Positions 12,596 through 25,232 of a stretch of 64,000 nucleotides of DNA are shown here, piece after piece. A program made the position numbers and the translations under genes. Numbering within the stretch: position 1 is the stretch's first letter; the number at the start of each line of letters is the position of its first letter. Under the pieces are notes generated by a model, which did not search any database, was not told the DNA's origin, and saw only the letters and a list, made by a program, of their open reading frames with translations. The stretch is from contig OZ374560.1 in assembly GCA_977862235.1 (NCBI GenBank), positions 2,666,001 through 2,730,000 on the forward strand. The letters run 5' to 3'. Origin of the DNA: Dudresnaya verticillata (lineage: Eukaryota).

Positions 12596-15256
12596 CTAGT
12601 TTTTCGCCTTCATTGCGGGCGACCGCGGTAGCGGTGGAGGGGGTGGAAAGGGACGAGTCCCTTGGCGTGGTGACCTGGGCGTTTGCCTCGGAGCGTCGAT
12701 GGGGTGGTTCAGTCTAGGTTGAAATTGAACCTGTCGATTTCCCCCTTGACTTGCACCCAAATTTTGACGGGGATCCATCCGTTGCCCTATGGGCGGCCCG
12801 GCGGGCCCTCACTCGTTAGCGAACTCCGTCAGTCGGCCAACGGTCGCCAGCCACGGTTTTTGCTTGTGTGATAGTTGATGATACTGTCTTCTTTTTAAAG
12901 TCTCAAAAGACTGCTCATCGGTTCGAGCCAAATGCGGACAGTTGGGCTTTTTATGGCCAATGCCATAGCATTCGAAGCAGATATCATTGGGTTGGTCTTC
13001 AACCGTCACCCACCCAGGGCGTTGAGTCCTGGTTGGCTGTGCCCAGGCTGGGAGCCTATGGTTGTAGTTCTGCAGTACCGCGTCAACTTCACCGTGATAC
13101 GGTTGGTCGTAGTAATACTGTGTCGACCACGAATCCGATTGGGTCGCCGTTGATGGTGGCGCTTCGTTAGCGATGGCAGCTACGACTGCGTCTTCACTTT
13201 CCGCATCAGAGCCGCTGCTCTTTGAAGTATCCGAATCGGAGGCGGATGCATCCTTTGCCTGGCGAATTAGGAGCGCCCGCCCTGACTTGTGGGTACGAAC
13301 CTTCTTTAAGGTCTTCCTTGGTAGCGTCCTATTCGCTTTTGGCGTTCGCCCGCCACCCACTAGCGCCCGATGGGAATCTCCCTGCGCAGTCGCGAGCTCG
13401 ACGTGATCCGCCAGTCTGGCCGTCTTTGGGTTCAATGACGACGTACTTAAAAGCGTCTTCACCGCTGGTAACAACCCCCGAATAAACCTGGTTATCAAGT
13501 CTTGTTCGGTGTACACCCCAGCGACTCGACGCGCTTTGTTCTGCAACCTTCTCGAAAAGGTTACTTCGTCTTCATCTGGCTCCTGCGCCATGGTGTCCAT
13601 CTCAGAGGCAATCCTCTCAATATAGACGTCCTTGGCATATGTCCGAAGAAGGTAATTCACGGCTTCGGGCCATTCGGTGAAACCACTATTGTCGTCACCC
13701 GCAGCGTCAAAATTCGCTTCAAACATATCCTTCGCATCCTTCTCGAGGAACTCGGGGATGACGAGGATAGCGGCACCTTCGCTGATATGGGCTTGATCGA
13801 GCTGCCTCTTAAGCGTGTCACTCCCGTCAAAACGGCGACTCCGCATAACGGACTTGACACGTTTGATTTTCTCCGTGGTCGCCTCGGTCACCTCGGGCCC
13901 GCGGTAATCATCCAGGTTCAATAACCTATACCTTCTATAGGAAAGCACCTGTATGAAGGCAGGATTCCTAGGAGTCAGCTCCTTAACACCGGAACGTCGG
14001 GGACCCCTCCAGGAAGACCATGACGGTCCAGAATGCGAACGGGAACCTGGTCCTTCTTCATCCGAGGGACCCGGATTAGGGTGAGACCCTGATCGAGGAT
14101 TCTCCTCGTGACGATGGCTTGAATATCTGTCACGATGAGAATCAACTTGGTCGCGGTGTGCAGAATACCCAATTGGTCTGGTGCACTTGCAACCCTGTTG
14201 GCAACGGCCTCCATCTCCTTCACCTTGGGACCCACTGTCCGACCCCGTATGGGGTAGCCTCCTACGCCTGTCGCGCGTACCGCGAGGCACTGGTGATCGC
14301 CGTCTCATGACTTCAGGGATATTATCCCTCTCGCGGATTACGCGCCGCATCTGCAATTCCAGAAAAGCGACACGACTCTTCTCCTCATCGAGTTCTTTCC
14401 TTAGGACCTCGATGGCTCTGTCCTGTTCAACGCACCGTGCGTTGTCCTCGTTGAATTGAACGTCCGCAATAGCCATTGCGGCTTCTGTCCTGGAAAGGTC
14501 GGCAGCCTTCGTGGCTTCATCTAATTCAAGATGAACCGATTCCAACTGGTCCCCCATTGAGTCCACTTGGGCTTGTAGGGTCTCGACCCTTTCCTCTTCT
14601 AAACCCCTTAAGGGGCGTTGTTGGCAAAGAGAATTGACCATTTCTTGGCACATAGCCAGTAGCTGGTCGTCTCGACGCGCGGTGGCGTCGTCGAAATAGC
14701 GTTTCACCCGTGTGAGGGTTTCATCCGCCTGGAATTCAAGCAGCGCCAATACGCTAGTTCCGAGAGCATTCTCGATGCCGGTCTCAACCAATTGACCGAT
14801 CTCACGCTCAGTGAAGCACCGTTGGTCGGTCGAGTTTGCCTTCGTTCTCATCGGCATTCGGATATCGGGTGGAAGCGATGAAGTCGTTTCTTCTTCTAAG
14901 GCCAGTCCGCCTGTGTCGTGCTGGCTGTAACCAGCTTGAAGCATCGGCGGTGGCAGCATACTAGGGTCCGGACCCTCATTCGCACCGATGTTGGCGGTGC
15001 TTGCGGCTGCAGTCCGGGCCGTATTTTCTCCTTCAGGGATCTGTCCCTTTCCATGGGCAGACGGGTCTTCGTCTCCTGGTGCGCCCGCCATTCGGGGCGG
15101 GCGTTCCACTTCTCCTACTGTAGGACCTCGAGCCAAAGCGGCTATTACAGCACGGGTTCTTGCTCCCGTGGTCCTCACGGAGGATAAGCTGCCGGTACAG
15201 CTACAACCCCGGCTTGTTAAACCTGGGCGGGTGGTTTCACCGTTAGATGTCGGCAT
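12596..15256 (-). pseudogene. gag: A gag (815-aa ORF plus frameshifted C-terminus ending AKN*)
   Basis: WPEAVNYLLRTYA; zinc knuckle CFECYGIGHKKPNC; closely homologous to C gag. Confidence 0.9.
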
Positions 15257-15707
15257 CTTCTGAACAAGATTGTTATCGACAACCTTAAAACGTAGGATTC
15301 GGTCCTGTGGTTGCGCTAATCGGGGAACTTCTCCCTAGGATGGCAAACTTCTCAGAACCGTAGTTCTCGGGGTTACGGGCGATTCTGTCCGCGTGGAACG
15401 CCCAACGCGCGCGCCCGCACAGCCCGTATACTGACGTATTTTTGATGACAGGGATTACGATAACCTGCACGAAGAGTTCCTTGTACACGATTAAAAACCG
15501 CAGAAGCGGTGGCAGTTGCTTGCCTCGAATTTGACGCAACTTCGAAGCTTGATATGAAGCTGAGAAACCGTCGACACTTGGCCGACTAGGATTTCACCCT
15601 CAGGAAGTAGTTCCTTGAATTCTTGCACGGGGAATTCTCGTCCCGTGGGAAGGTCCGAACGACGACTTGCGGATGAGGTAGTGAAAAGGGGCCGACCCTG
15701 AAAACGC

Positions 15708-15725
15708 TTCTAGGTCGGGAGACCA
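15708..15725 (-). promoter_or_regulatory. Primer-binding site of A (TGGTCTCCCGACCTAGAA, tRNA-Tyr-like)
   Basis: 1 nt from the 5' LTR end; identical in C, D and F. Confidence 0.9.
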
Positions 15726-15726
15726 C

Positions 15727-16371
15727 TGTAGTAGTATGGCCCGTCAAGGCAGAAACCCGCCAACCGGCAAGGACAGCTGTCCTGACGGTGCACAACACAC
15801 TAGCTTAGGTAGCTCGGGAAAAGGGGTTGGTAGAGTCTTTGAAAGGCACAGAGCCTAAGGGAAAAGGGGGAAAAGGGGCGGCGCCACCCAGCTCGCACAG
15901 AGCAACCGTCGTGTGGAGGCAAGGCTCGTAAAGCACCTGAAAGGGAGGTTACGGTGAGTCCGTGAATTCCAAAAAAAGGGTAAAGACCCGAAACCCACCG
16001 TGGGTTCTATTCAGGAGGCCCCTGCTACTCAGGGGCCTATTAAGTATACAGAGCCGAAAATGCTCCTACCTCCTATGAGCTATTCTAAGCGATTCTAACT
16101 GTCATTATTAATCTAATTGTACTGTTGTCAGTTATAAATACGGATGAGTTGTAGTACCGCGTCGGGACGCGTGAGCGGCCACAATAAATTACCCAATGGC
16201 AATTTGCCATCAGTTTTGGTGCCAGCAGGGACGCCAGCGAGGCGCATCGCCCTTACAGCGCACGGTGCTTGTGCGCGCCTTACAGCTTGATGCGCGTGGG
16301 CGTCTTACACCTTGATGCGCATAAATGACTTACAGTGCGCCAGCACTCCTGCTGCGGCTCATTCTTCTACA
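15727..16371 (-). repeat. A 5' LTR
   Basis: Repeat of 4254-4898, next to the PBS, followed by TSD GCAAC. Confidence 0.97.
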
Positions 16372-16399
16372 GCAACGTAGCCAATCGGAATTTCCGAAC

Positions 16400-16417
16400 T
16401 TCTAGGTCGGGGGACCA
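16400..16417 (-). promoter_or_regulatory. Primer-binding site of B (one mismatch to the shared PBS)
   Basis: TGGTCCCCCGACCTAGAA, 2 nt from the LTR edge at 16420. Confidence 0.88.
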
Positions 16418-16419
16418 AA

Positions 16420-16557
16420 TGTAGTGCAATCCCACTCGGTAGAATCGAGGATGCAGCTCAGGCAGTTCGAGGGCCTGGTGGTAGCAGGTGAGGTTGTAGC
16501 GGTACAGCAGGGGAATAGCCCCGTAGTGCGACTGTAAAACACTACAAGACCGAGAAC
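16420..16557 (-). repeat. B 5' LTR, PBS-proximal piece (interrupted by C)
   Basis: Starts TGTAGTGCAA next to the PBS; ends in C's TSD AGAAC. Confidence 0.85.
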
Positions 16558-17157
16558 TGTAGCACAACGGGTCCAGCCCAGGAAGAGCAAAAAGAACAAA
16601 GGACACCTGTCCGGAACCGTCGTGCTCACATGTAGCTCGGGTGTGGTAGAGGCTTGGTAGAATGGCGCTAGGCCAGGAAAAAGGAAAAGGAAAAAGGGGG
16701 ACGCGACCCGGTATTCCGCAGGGAACCTGCCGTACGGTGACGAGCCTGTAGTTGGCGTCCAAAAAGGGAACGGGAAGCGCCCGGAATCCAGAAAATGATC
16801 AAGACCGAGAAACTCCCCGTGGGGTTCAATCAGGGGTGCCCTGCTATTCAGGGGACCAATAAATAGGGCTTGTGCCCGTGCTAATACTAACTACTACAGT
16901 GTACTGTACACGAATTACATTGAGCAGTGGGAGGCGGATCTACGCCCCTGTGGCGGCGTATAATCGGGAAATATCCCAACGCCGCACCAATGATCAGGCG
17001 CCAATTGCGCGTCTGAGGCGCAGATGATTTCGCGCCAGGCGCCAATCACGTGTCGCATCATGGCGCAGTCCAGCAATGCCAGCGCCTTACAGGGCATTGG
17101 CCCGTTAAAACTTACAGCGTCGAGCGCCCACTTGGCGCAAATCGCCGTTATGCCACA
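16558..17157 (-). repeat. C 3' LTR
   Basis: Repeat of 41768-42367; about 17 differences in 600 bp by eye. Confidence 0.96.
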
Positions 17158-17648
17158 CGGCCCCCCTCGTAAGACCGAGAGCCCCGCGAGGTCTGAACCG
17201 TCTCTGTGCCACAGTTTCCAATTTGCATTGGCGTTCTGCCAGATTTGTCGGGCCAAAGCCGTTGCAGCGTAACGTTGCGACTGGGACGCCGTCGACGAGA
17301 AGTCCCGCACTCCGAGCCAGCGCTCCAAATAGTGAGCGTATATCAGGGTCTTCACCCGCGGCGTCGCAAGGTGTTTTGCGCCGGTACCCACCCCAACTCG
17401 CGCTCTCATCGCGGCCTCGTCGTCCCCTTTCCTCGAGCACGGGCAGTCCCTTCCTTCCACACTTCCTCAGCGGGTGAGCCTTTTCGGCAATCTCCGAGTG
17501 TCAACGCCGCGCGCGCGTCCTCCTTGCCAACTTGCATCCCCCACGCCGTAGGGATCGCCACCGCGAGTCGACGGTCGCACGACGCTGTCATCCTCGCGCC
17601 TAACGCACATCATCCTCCCCGACCGACCGTCTGGACAAGGCAGCGCCT

Positions 17649-20080
17649 TTGCAGTTTGCAGAAGAAGACCTCCGGGCCAGGCCCGTTGCAGGAGAACTAC
17701 AGAAGGTCGGCGAGAGTCGCTCACGCCTTGGCACCATGCCCGTGAATCCGCACTTCCAGTACGGACAGCCAGGGTCTTCCGACAATGTGGCGCCGGTCGC
17801 CGTGGTGGCGGGAGGCGTTCCCGCGGACGTAGCGGCCAGACGCGACTGGCAGGTGCGCACAGACCTGAACCATGTGCGGCCTATGGCAGGGGCCAATCGG
17901 GATGAGATACGCCGCTTGGGCGGGAAGAGGGCAGAAGCCAAGGCTTGGAACACGTTGATACGTACGCGGGTGAGTCAGCTCTCGATGACGACGTTGCGTA
18001 TCTCGACCCCGGGACTATTCCCCTTCGACTTAGCGCGCGCTCGTTGGCGCTGGGAAGTGCCGTGGGTGGAGAGCATGTCGAGCTTCATGAGCGATCGGAA
18101 GTACGTCCTGGACGAAATTGCGTTATCCGACAAGTATGACCTGCGGGCTGTAGGGCATAAGCGCCCCTTCATTCGCGCGGGTCGGGACAACTTCCCCTAC
18201 AACACCATGCGGATCACACTTCCGAATAACCGAACGACGTACAAGTACCATCTGGATACGCCGCAGACGGCTCTCCCGCACGAAGCGGCCCGCTTTGAGC
18301 GTCGCCAGCGGCATCGGACCGGCTGTTTGGTTCCGTGCCATTGCCAAGAGGTTACGGCTCTTAAGCCTGAGATGTTCACGAGTAAGTATCCTCAGATACC
18401 ACCGGACTACGAATACTACGAGTATCGTATTCGATGCTGGTGGGAGTGCCCACCATCGTCGCCTACCTAGGCTTGGAGTTGGTGCAGTCGTCCAACACGA
18501 GCCTGTTGTGACTCCTCTACCGGCACGAACGGATCGTACTGATAACCCAAGTCTTCATGTACGAGGAGCGGAAAGGCCGCCTATTCTTCATCAACCAGAA
18601 GATACGTGATGATATTCGCGAGATCGGCTCGTCGGAGTTTACGGCCAATGCCGATGATGCCGTTGACTTCGACTCGCTCCTTCTCTTTGTTGAGCGTATC
18701 GTCTGGCGAAGAGCGTCGAAGCAAAATCGGTTCTTGCCCGCAGATACGGGCACTATCACACCGGTGTTTGACTGTGGGGTTTGGGTAGACTTCGACCCTG
18801 AGGCCTGGGTGCCGGATATTCCCGAAGACTTACTCAAGGGTGTCCCAGTGGACCCGGCTTCCTTGGAAGCCGATGAAGGCATGCACCTGCGATCCGGCTT
18901 TACCGCGGGATGGGTGTGCAACAACTGGCAAGAGCCGAAGACGCCTGCGGAGGTGCCCGCGTACGATGCCTTGACCGATGGTCAACCTCTGGGCCCCTAC
19001 GCCCCTCCGGTTTTTCACGGCCGTAGCAAGGCGGACGCCGCGATTCGTGAAGTGTTCCGCCAGCGCGGTTTGGCTGTGAGGCTCCACAACCACTGGAATA
19101 TCCAGAATCTGACGGTGCACTCCCTCGCGGATTGGGTAGAAGCAGCCATGGTTGACTACGAAGCCTCGTGGCTTACGGTTCCGGGGCCCATCCATCGTAT
19201 GTCGGAACATTTCCGAGGCTTGCCCCGTTTGGGCGAGTCCGCTAAGGTGGAGCGAGACGCGCCTGTCGCGCGAGAAGAGTTGGCCAACACTGCGACCAGT
19301 TCGGCTCCAGTGGCATCTACAGCCATCGTTACCGCCCCCGCGGCCACTGCGTCGGAAGCTCCTGCCGGAGATACTCGACCCAGAGGCCGTCATGGCATCG
19401 GTTCAGCTGGGCGTTGAGCCCGTCAGGAGGAGGAGATAGCGCAAGGCTTGGCCATTCAAGGAGTCACGATACCTGGCACTCCGGGGAGTGCCCCACTTGC
19501 CGAGAGACGCGATGATCGCGAGGGCGACGCGGCAATGGCGTCTCTTCCTCCTATTTCGGAAGCTACCCTTGGGGCCTTTCCGTCTCAAGAGCCAAAAACA
19601 ACGGCAGCAGCAACGGCACCGGCCAGCGGGGGAGATGAGGATCGGATTGAGCCGGTCGCTCCTGCTGCGACGACTGCTCCAGCGTCCACTTCGGCCCCTG
19701 GGGCAGCGATGATGTCTTCCCTGCCGCCGGGTGAGGCGCCGACGTCACTACCTATTGAAGGCAATGCGATGTCCGGGCCTGGCCCGATCGAGGCTGATTC
19801 AGTGCAACTCGTCTCTAGGACGGCAGCAGTAGTCAGCGCCAGGGTGTCGCCCGATGAGGAGTCGAAAGTCATGCCGGAAGAAGGCGGGGGCCTGGTTAAG
19901 ACCGAGCTCGTCATTAAGGAAGAGCTCGAAGAGGAGCCAACTCCTATGGGAACGGGCCCTGCTCAGCCGCGAGTGCGTCGCATCATCCGCGAAGTGCGGT
20001 GTATCGTTCACCCGGTTGGTGCCGTGCGTCCAGCTAATGTGTACAACGACGAGGTAGTTGACCTGACGGAGGATGAGTAG
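17649..20080 (+). pseudogene. C antisense accessory gene (about 780 aa if repaired; frameshifts near 18452 and 19400, one internal stop)
   Basis: ORFs 17649-18470, 18557-19417 and 19448-20080. The bridging frame IVAYLGLELVQ..LYRHERIVLITQVFMYE matches A (LGLEMM..FRHEWIVLVTQVFVYE). AATAAA at 20173-20178. Confidence 0.85.
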
Positions 20081-20832
20081 ACTCCCATCCTCCTGTTGCT
20101 CATTAGGGCGTTTAGCCCAAGAAGTTAGAGCGGGTTTGCCGCGTAGAAGTTAATGTCTGTGCATGAGTTAAGAATAAAAGTCACTGTTGACGGGGGAATT
20201 CGCCAAGCTAATGGCCGCCGCCAACATTGGTCGGGTTAGTGTTGGAGTTAAAGTGCGCGTCGTGCGCGAGTTAGCCTCGTTGGTTTGTACAGTAGGTCAG
20301 GGGCCTCAGCCCTGTTCCAGCTTTCTGGAATAGGGAGTGAGCCTCCGCTCCATGACACCTACGCCGTTTGGCAGAGAGAGAAGAGGGCAATTATCCTCGG
20401 ATTCCAAGCGTAGCGGCGAACGGGTCGAGAACGCCCCCTAGCGTTGCGTCGAGGCCAGCCTCTAAGGCAGGCAGCTTCCTGCCTTCCCCCTCGTAGTGGG
20501 GAAGGAGACAGTTATTTCCAAAACAATGCTTGCCGTACGTGCGCGTACAATATTCGGTATCATACCGTCGCTAGACAGTGTCCTTTCCCACTTGAGATAT
20601 ATCTCCTCTCGCTGTGCGGCCACAGTACGCCCAACGGCATCAAGTGCCAGCACTGTGCTATTTTGGCTTACACCTCTGCCCGTGGCATCGGACGGTGCCG
20701 CCTCGCACTGTATCAGGCCGTGAAGCCAAAGGGGGTGTTGAGGCCGAGATATCTCTACCATATGGTAATCCGCCTATCTCCAGGCGCTTGCCAACTCCCG
20801 TCCCAATGGGGGAGCTATGTCGCATACGCGAG

Positions 20833-23800
20833 TTAAAGGGGAATGCCCCGTTTGCGATGGTACCTCGCCACGAGGTTGTGAGGAAGGTTCTCTCGGGGTT
20901 CCCACGTGTCGTCAGAGGCCGAGCGCTGGTGCCAGCGGATCTTATACCGTGCCGACTCGGGGTCATAGGACATGATCCGATCATAGACGTGCTCCCGCGG
21001 GATAGGGCGCTGATAGCGTGAGAAGCGGCGCTCCGCTGGCGAAGTCTCAGGCTCTTGCTCAGAACTTTCGCTCTCAACGGCGGGAGGAGTGGCGTTAGTG
21101 GGCCTCGCCTGTATCGGCTGTAGTGCGGTCAAGGGCGCGGTTCCCGATTCGAGGGGGCCTGGTCCAGTAGCCGGATTCGCCTCCATGATAGTAGGGGCTT
21201 CACCCCGAGCATCCAGCGACTCGTCAGGGGGAGGCGCTAGCGTCACTCTGTCTAGGGAGACTGATTCCCGTTCGCCCTTGACTTCAAGGACCACAACGTG
21301 CGTGCCACGATCCACCACCTTATATGGGCCTAGCGCCTTAGGAAACAGTTTGCCTTCGCGATCCACGCCATCCACGTCTTTCACCCGAGTCTCGCGCTCT
21401 AGGAACACCCAGCTACCAACTCGAATATTCCGGTTCGCAGGGCGCACCCGTCGGTTGAAGTCCGCATGATAGCGCTTCTGCGCGAGCCTCAAACGGGGGA
21501 GAGCTGTGTCCATTAATCGCTCCAATCGCTCTGATAAGCGTTTCTTGACGTTAGTCGCGGGGACATTAGCAACTTCCACCGTCTCGGATCGCTCCAGGAG
21601 CAGGGAGTTCGGGGGATTTGAGATCACCAGGTCGAAAGGGGATAGCCCCGTGGCTTTGTGCACCGTGGTATTGTACGCAAACGTGAGCGCGTTAGAAAAC
21701 TCATCCCAGTCACGCTGATTCTCAGCGATGAAGTGCCTTAGCCCGGCTAGAATGGTGCGATTAAAGCGTTCGGTCTGGCCGTTACTTTGCGGGTGATATG
21801 TAGAAGTAAATAGGTTACGCACTTGCAGAATGCTGCAAATGTTCATGAAGAACTTCGAGGCAAACTGGGACCCATTGTCCGATAGCACATACCGCGGAGG
21901 TCCATATACATAGACCCAGTGGTCGCAGAAGGCCTTAGCGACGGTATAGGCCGTAATCGTCTTGAGCGGAACAGTCTAGGTTAGCTTTGAGAAGCGATCC
22001 GTGATCACGAGTAAATACTCATTTCCATTGGTTGACTTGGTCAATGGACCTAGAATGTCAATTCCGACAAACTCCAAGGGAGCCGTAGCTGGGAAGAGCT
22101 TGAGAAACGAAGTGTGCTTCCTGAGCTTGACTCGTTCTTTCGCGCACTGGACGCAATTCCGAACGGTTGAGTAGACGGCCAAGGCCATATCTGGCCAATA
22201 CACTTGCCGGCGTAGGTTGTGAAACATGCGGGTTCCCCCTGGGTGGCCAGCTAGGGCCGGATAATGGGCCAAATGTAGCACCTTTTCGCGAAGGCTCGCG
22301 GGTATGAGAACCTGTATGGCTCCATTCAAGTAAGTCTTGCGGGCGAGGATCCCTCGTTCGTCTTCCAAGTAACACCCGGGGCTTCCCATATCGAGGCGCT
22401 TCTGCACGTCTTGGCAGAACGAGTCTCGTTTTTGCTCTCGGAGCAGCTCGTCTACAGTAACTTGTGAGAATGTGCCCTCGTCGGCTCGCTTCTCCGCCGC
22501 GGTGGCGATGAGTATCCCATGTGACTATAATCCTCGAGGGGTTCGATGTCCCACGCCTCTAGGGGCTCTATTGTGGTGGGTCTATCCGTGAACAGCATTG
22601 ACTCCGCTGAAGTCATTCGGACTGGACCGTCTTCCTCCTCGACTATGAAGCAAGGTATCTCGAGATCAGGCTCCTTGTGGGTATGACCCCATGTAGGGAG
22701 GCGAGACACCGCGTCGGCAATCTGGTTCTTACGCCCCGTCCGGTATTGGACCGTAAAGTCATATTCCAAAAGGCGAAGCCTCCATCTCGCCAAGCGTCCT
22801 GACGCGTCAGACATACTCATGATCCAGCGTAACGCTTGATGATCCATGAAAAGATCGAAGTGAGACCGCTCCAAATAGGGTCGCAATATCTGTACTGCCC
22901 ATACGACGGCGAGACACTCTTTCTCTCCGACTGAGTAGTTCTTCTCAGCTTTCGTTAGCGAGCGTCTCCAGAAACCAATAGGGTGCCGATCACCATTCTC
23001 ATCGGTCTGCATCAGGGCACAGCCCACTTGATAGTCGCACGCGTCGGTGTCGACTGATAATTGGCGTCCCACTTGCGGCAGCTGGAGTATGGGCGGAGCC
23101 ACGAGTGCTTTCTTCAGAAGCGAGAAGGAATCTCTTTGTTCCTCGTTGAACGTCGGGAGGTTGAAATCCACTGTCTTCTGCAGTAATGCGTTAAGCGGCG
23201 CAGCGACTCTCGCAAAGTTGGGCACGAACCGTCTATAAACGTTGCACAAGCCAAGGAAAGAGCGTAGCTGCGTTTGCGTCTTTGGTTCCCCAAACCCGTC
23301 GATGGCTTGTGTTTTCTTCGAGGCGACCTCCAGGAGGCCAGGGCGGACCACGTGTCCCAGATAATCGACGCTCTTCGCGAAGAAGTTACATTTCTTCAAC
23401 TTCAGCGATACTCCAGCGTTCTGGAGCACCTCCAGGATTTCCTTTACGTGAGCAAGGTGCTCTTTGACGCTTTTGGAGAAGATGATGATATCAGACAGAT
23501 ATACCAAGCACGACTTCCATCTGAATCCAGACAGGAGAATGTCGACCGTTTGCTGGAACGTGGCTGGTGCATTACATAGCCCAAAGGGCATGCGGCAAAA
23601 TTGGAAGCATCCAGCGTGACAAGTGAACGCCGTCTTCGTCTGGTCTCCCTTGGCGACCGGTATCTGCCAGTAGCCAGAATTACAATCAAGCGTTGTGAAG
23701 AATTGGGCATCTCCCAGGGAGTCCAGACACTCGTCCATACGAGGCAAACGATAAGAATCCTTGATCGTTACTGCATTAAGCTTTCGATAGTCGACGAAAA

Positions 23801-25232
23801 AGCGTAAGGAGCCATCAGGCTTATTGACCAGCACGACTGGGCTCGCGAATTCCGACCGCGCGGGTTGTATGACCCCTGCTTCCAACATCTTGGTTACTTC
23901 CGCTTGTTCAGCCTGTCGAGCTTTGGGGACTGCCCTATAGGGTTGTGAGAAGACGGGCTTCGTCCCTGGTTTGAGCTCGATACGGTGCTCCGTGACTTTG
24001 ATAGTCCTGAGTTTACCACTCCACATTTCCGAGAATGGCCGCAGCATCTTGCGTACTCGACGCTGATCCTTTGGTTCCAGATGTGAAAGGTTTAGGTCTT
24101 CGACCGTCATGTTGGCGGCCGAGGCCTTAATGCCTGGTTTTGGATCCGTATCCGGAGAAAAGGCAGCAGCAAGCCCTGCCCCCCCCACATCGAGCGACGG
24201 CTCGTCGGGTTCTTGAGGAGCAGATGGGGCGTCCTCGAAGGACAGAGCGTAATCTGGGGTTGTGGAAGGAGCCGGAATGGCGTGTCCAATCCTCTGGCGT
24301 TTGGCCAGTCGCTTCGGGCCTTGAGAGAAATTGGCGACCTTGACCCGGAACGGCCGGTTGGGTTGCACTTCGATGATGCCATTTGTGGCAACCAGACCCT
24401 GGCGGTCGTAGAGCCGCTGGAATGAATCCATGAAGTGTACACCTCGCGCCGGGCACGTGACCGTGACCCAGGCTTCTGACGCCGCAGGTATAACAACCGA
24501 ATGTGCCACGCGCAGGTGTCGCGGTTCGGGAGGACCAGTGGGGACCTCTTGTGATTCCGTGGGGCGCGAAGCGCGTGGAAGTCCGCATCGTCGGCGTAAT
24601 ATCGGGTGTATGGACCCATCACGCAAGACGGCGCGTTGACGCTTGACTCATAAGTTATCGACATGGTGGTCGATGAAGGTACAACCCAGGATCACGTCCA
24701 CGGCGAGTGCTCGGACGACGATGAAAGGTTGTCGGACCGTGTAGGTTCCGATTCGAACGTACAGGGAGATAGTCCCTAAGGTAGTTAGTTTGTGCCGTGA
24801 GGCGGAAGTTAGATTCAAGATGGACCGGCCAGAAGCGATCTTCTTTTGATCCTCAGAGGAAAGAGCACCAGCTCGTATGAGGTTGGGGCCTGCCCCTGTA
24901 TCCAGGACCGAAAGGACGCGAGAGAGTTCGACAAGAGAGGTCCCAATGGACGCTGCCACTTTATAGTTATATCGCGACAGCGCGCATATGGGATCCTTAC
25001 AATACTCATCAAAAGTGCGTCCTCGAGGAAGCCCTAGAGGGCGAGATAAAATCTTCCTTGGGAGGAGATTTGTGTCAGGTTCCGGTTCCGGCCGATCCGG
25101 GAATGACGGGGACGGGTGACCGTCCTCGCTCGATCGGTCGGGGGACCCCGGGTCGCGTAGCAAGAGCTGCGGTTCGACGGGGTCCAAGGTCCCCCAGTCT
25201 AGTTTTTCGGCACACGGCCGTGTTTTGTTCAT
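20833..25232 (-). pseudogene. pol: C pol: PR-RT-RNaseH-integrase-chromodomain (degenerate; RT motif mutated to YLSD)
   Basis: ORFs 24648-25232 (LDTGAGPN), 22452-24626 (RT/RH), 21976-22407 (HHCC) and 20833-21888 (integrase core, GPY, chromodomain). Confidence 0.95.

Larger units (their letters stand above)
4254..16371 (-). mobile_element. Element A: full-length chromodomain Ty3/Gypsy LTR retrotransposon with antisense ORF
   Basis: 645-bp LTR pair (TG...CA), TSD GCAAC at 4249-4253 and 16372-16376, PBS 15708-15725, G-rich PPT next to 4899, order gag-PR-RT-RH-IN-chromodomain. Confidence 0.97.

Noticed and set aside
15708..15725. tRNA gene at the ...GGGAGACCA sequences
   Set aside because: Only 18 nt, next to LTR ends, with no cloverleaf; these are PBSs.
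20444..20836. Cys-rich 130-aa ORF (CRTC, CQHC) in the C spacer
   Set aside because: No ATG start and no open homologous frame in A's spacer.
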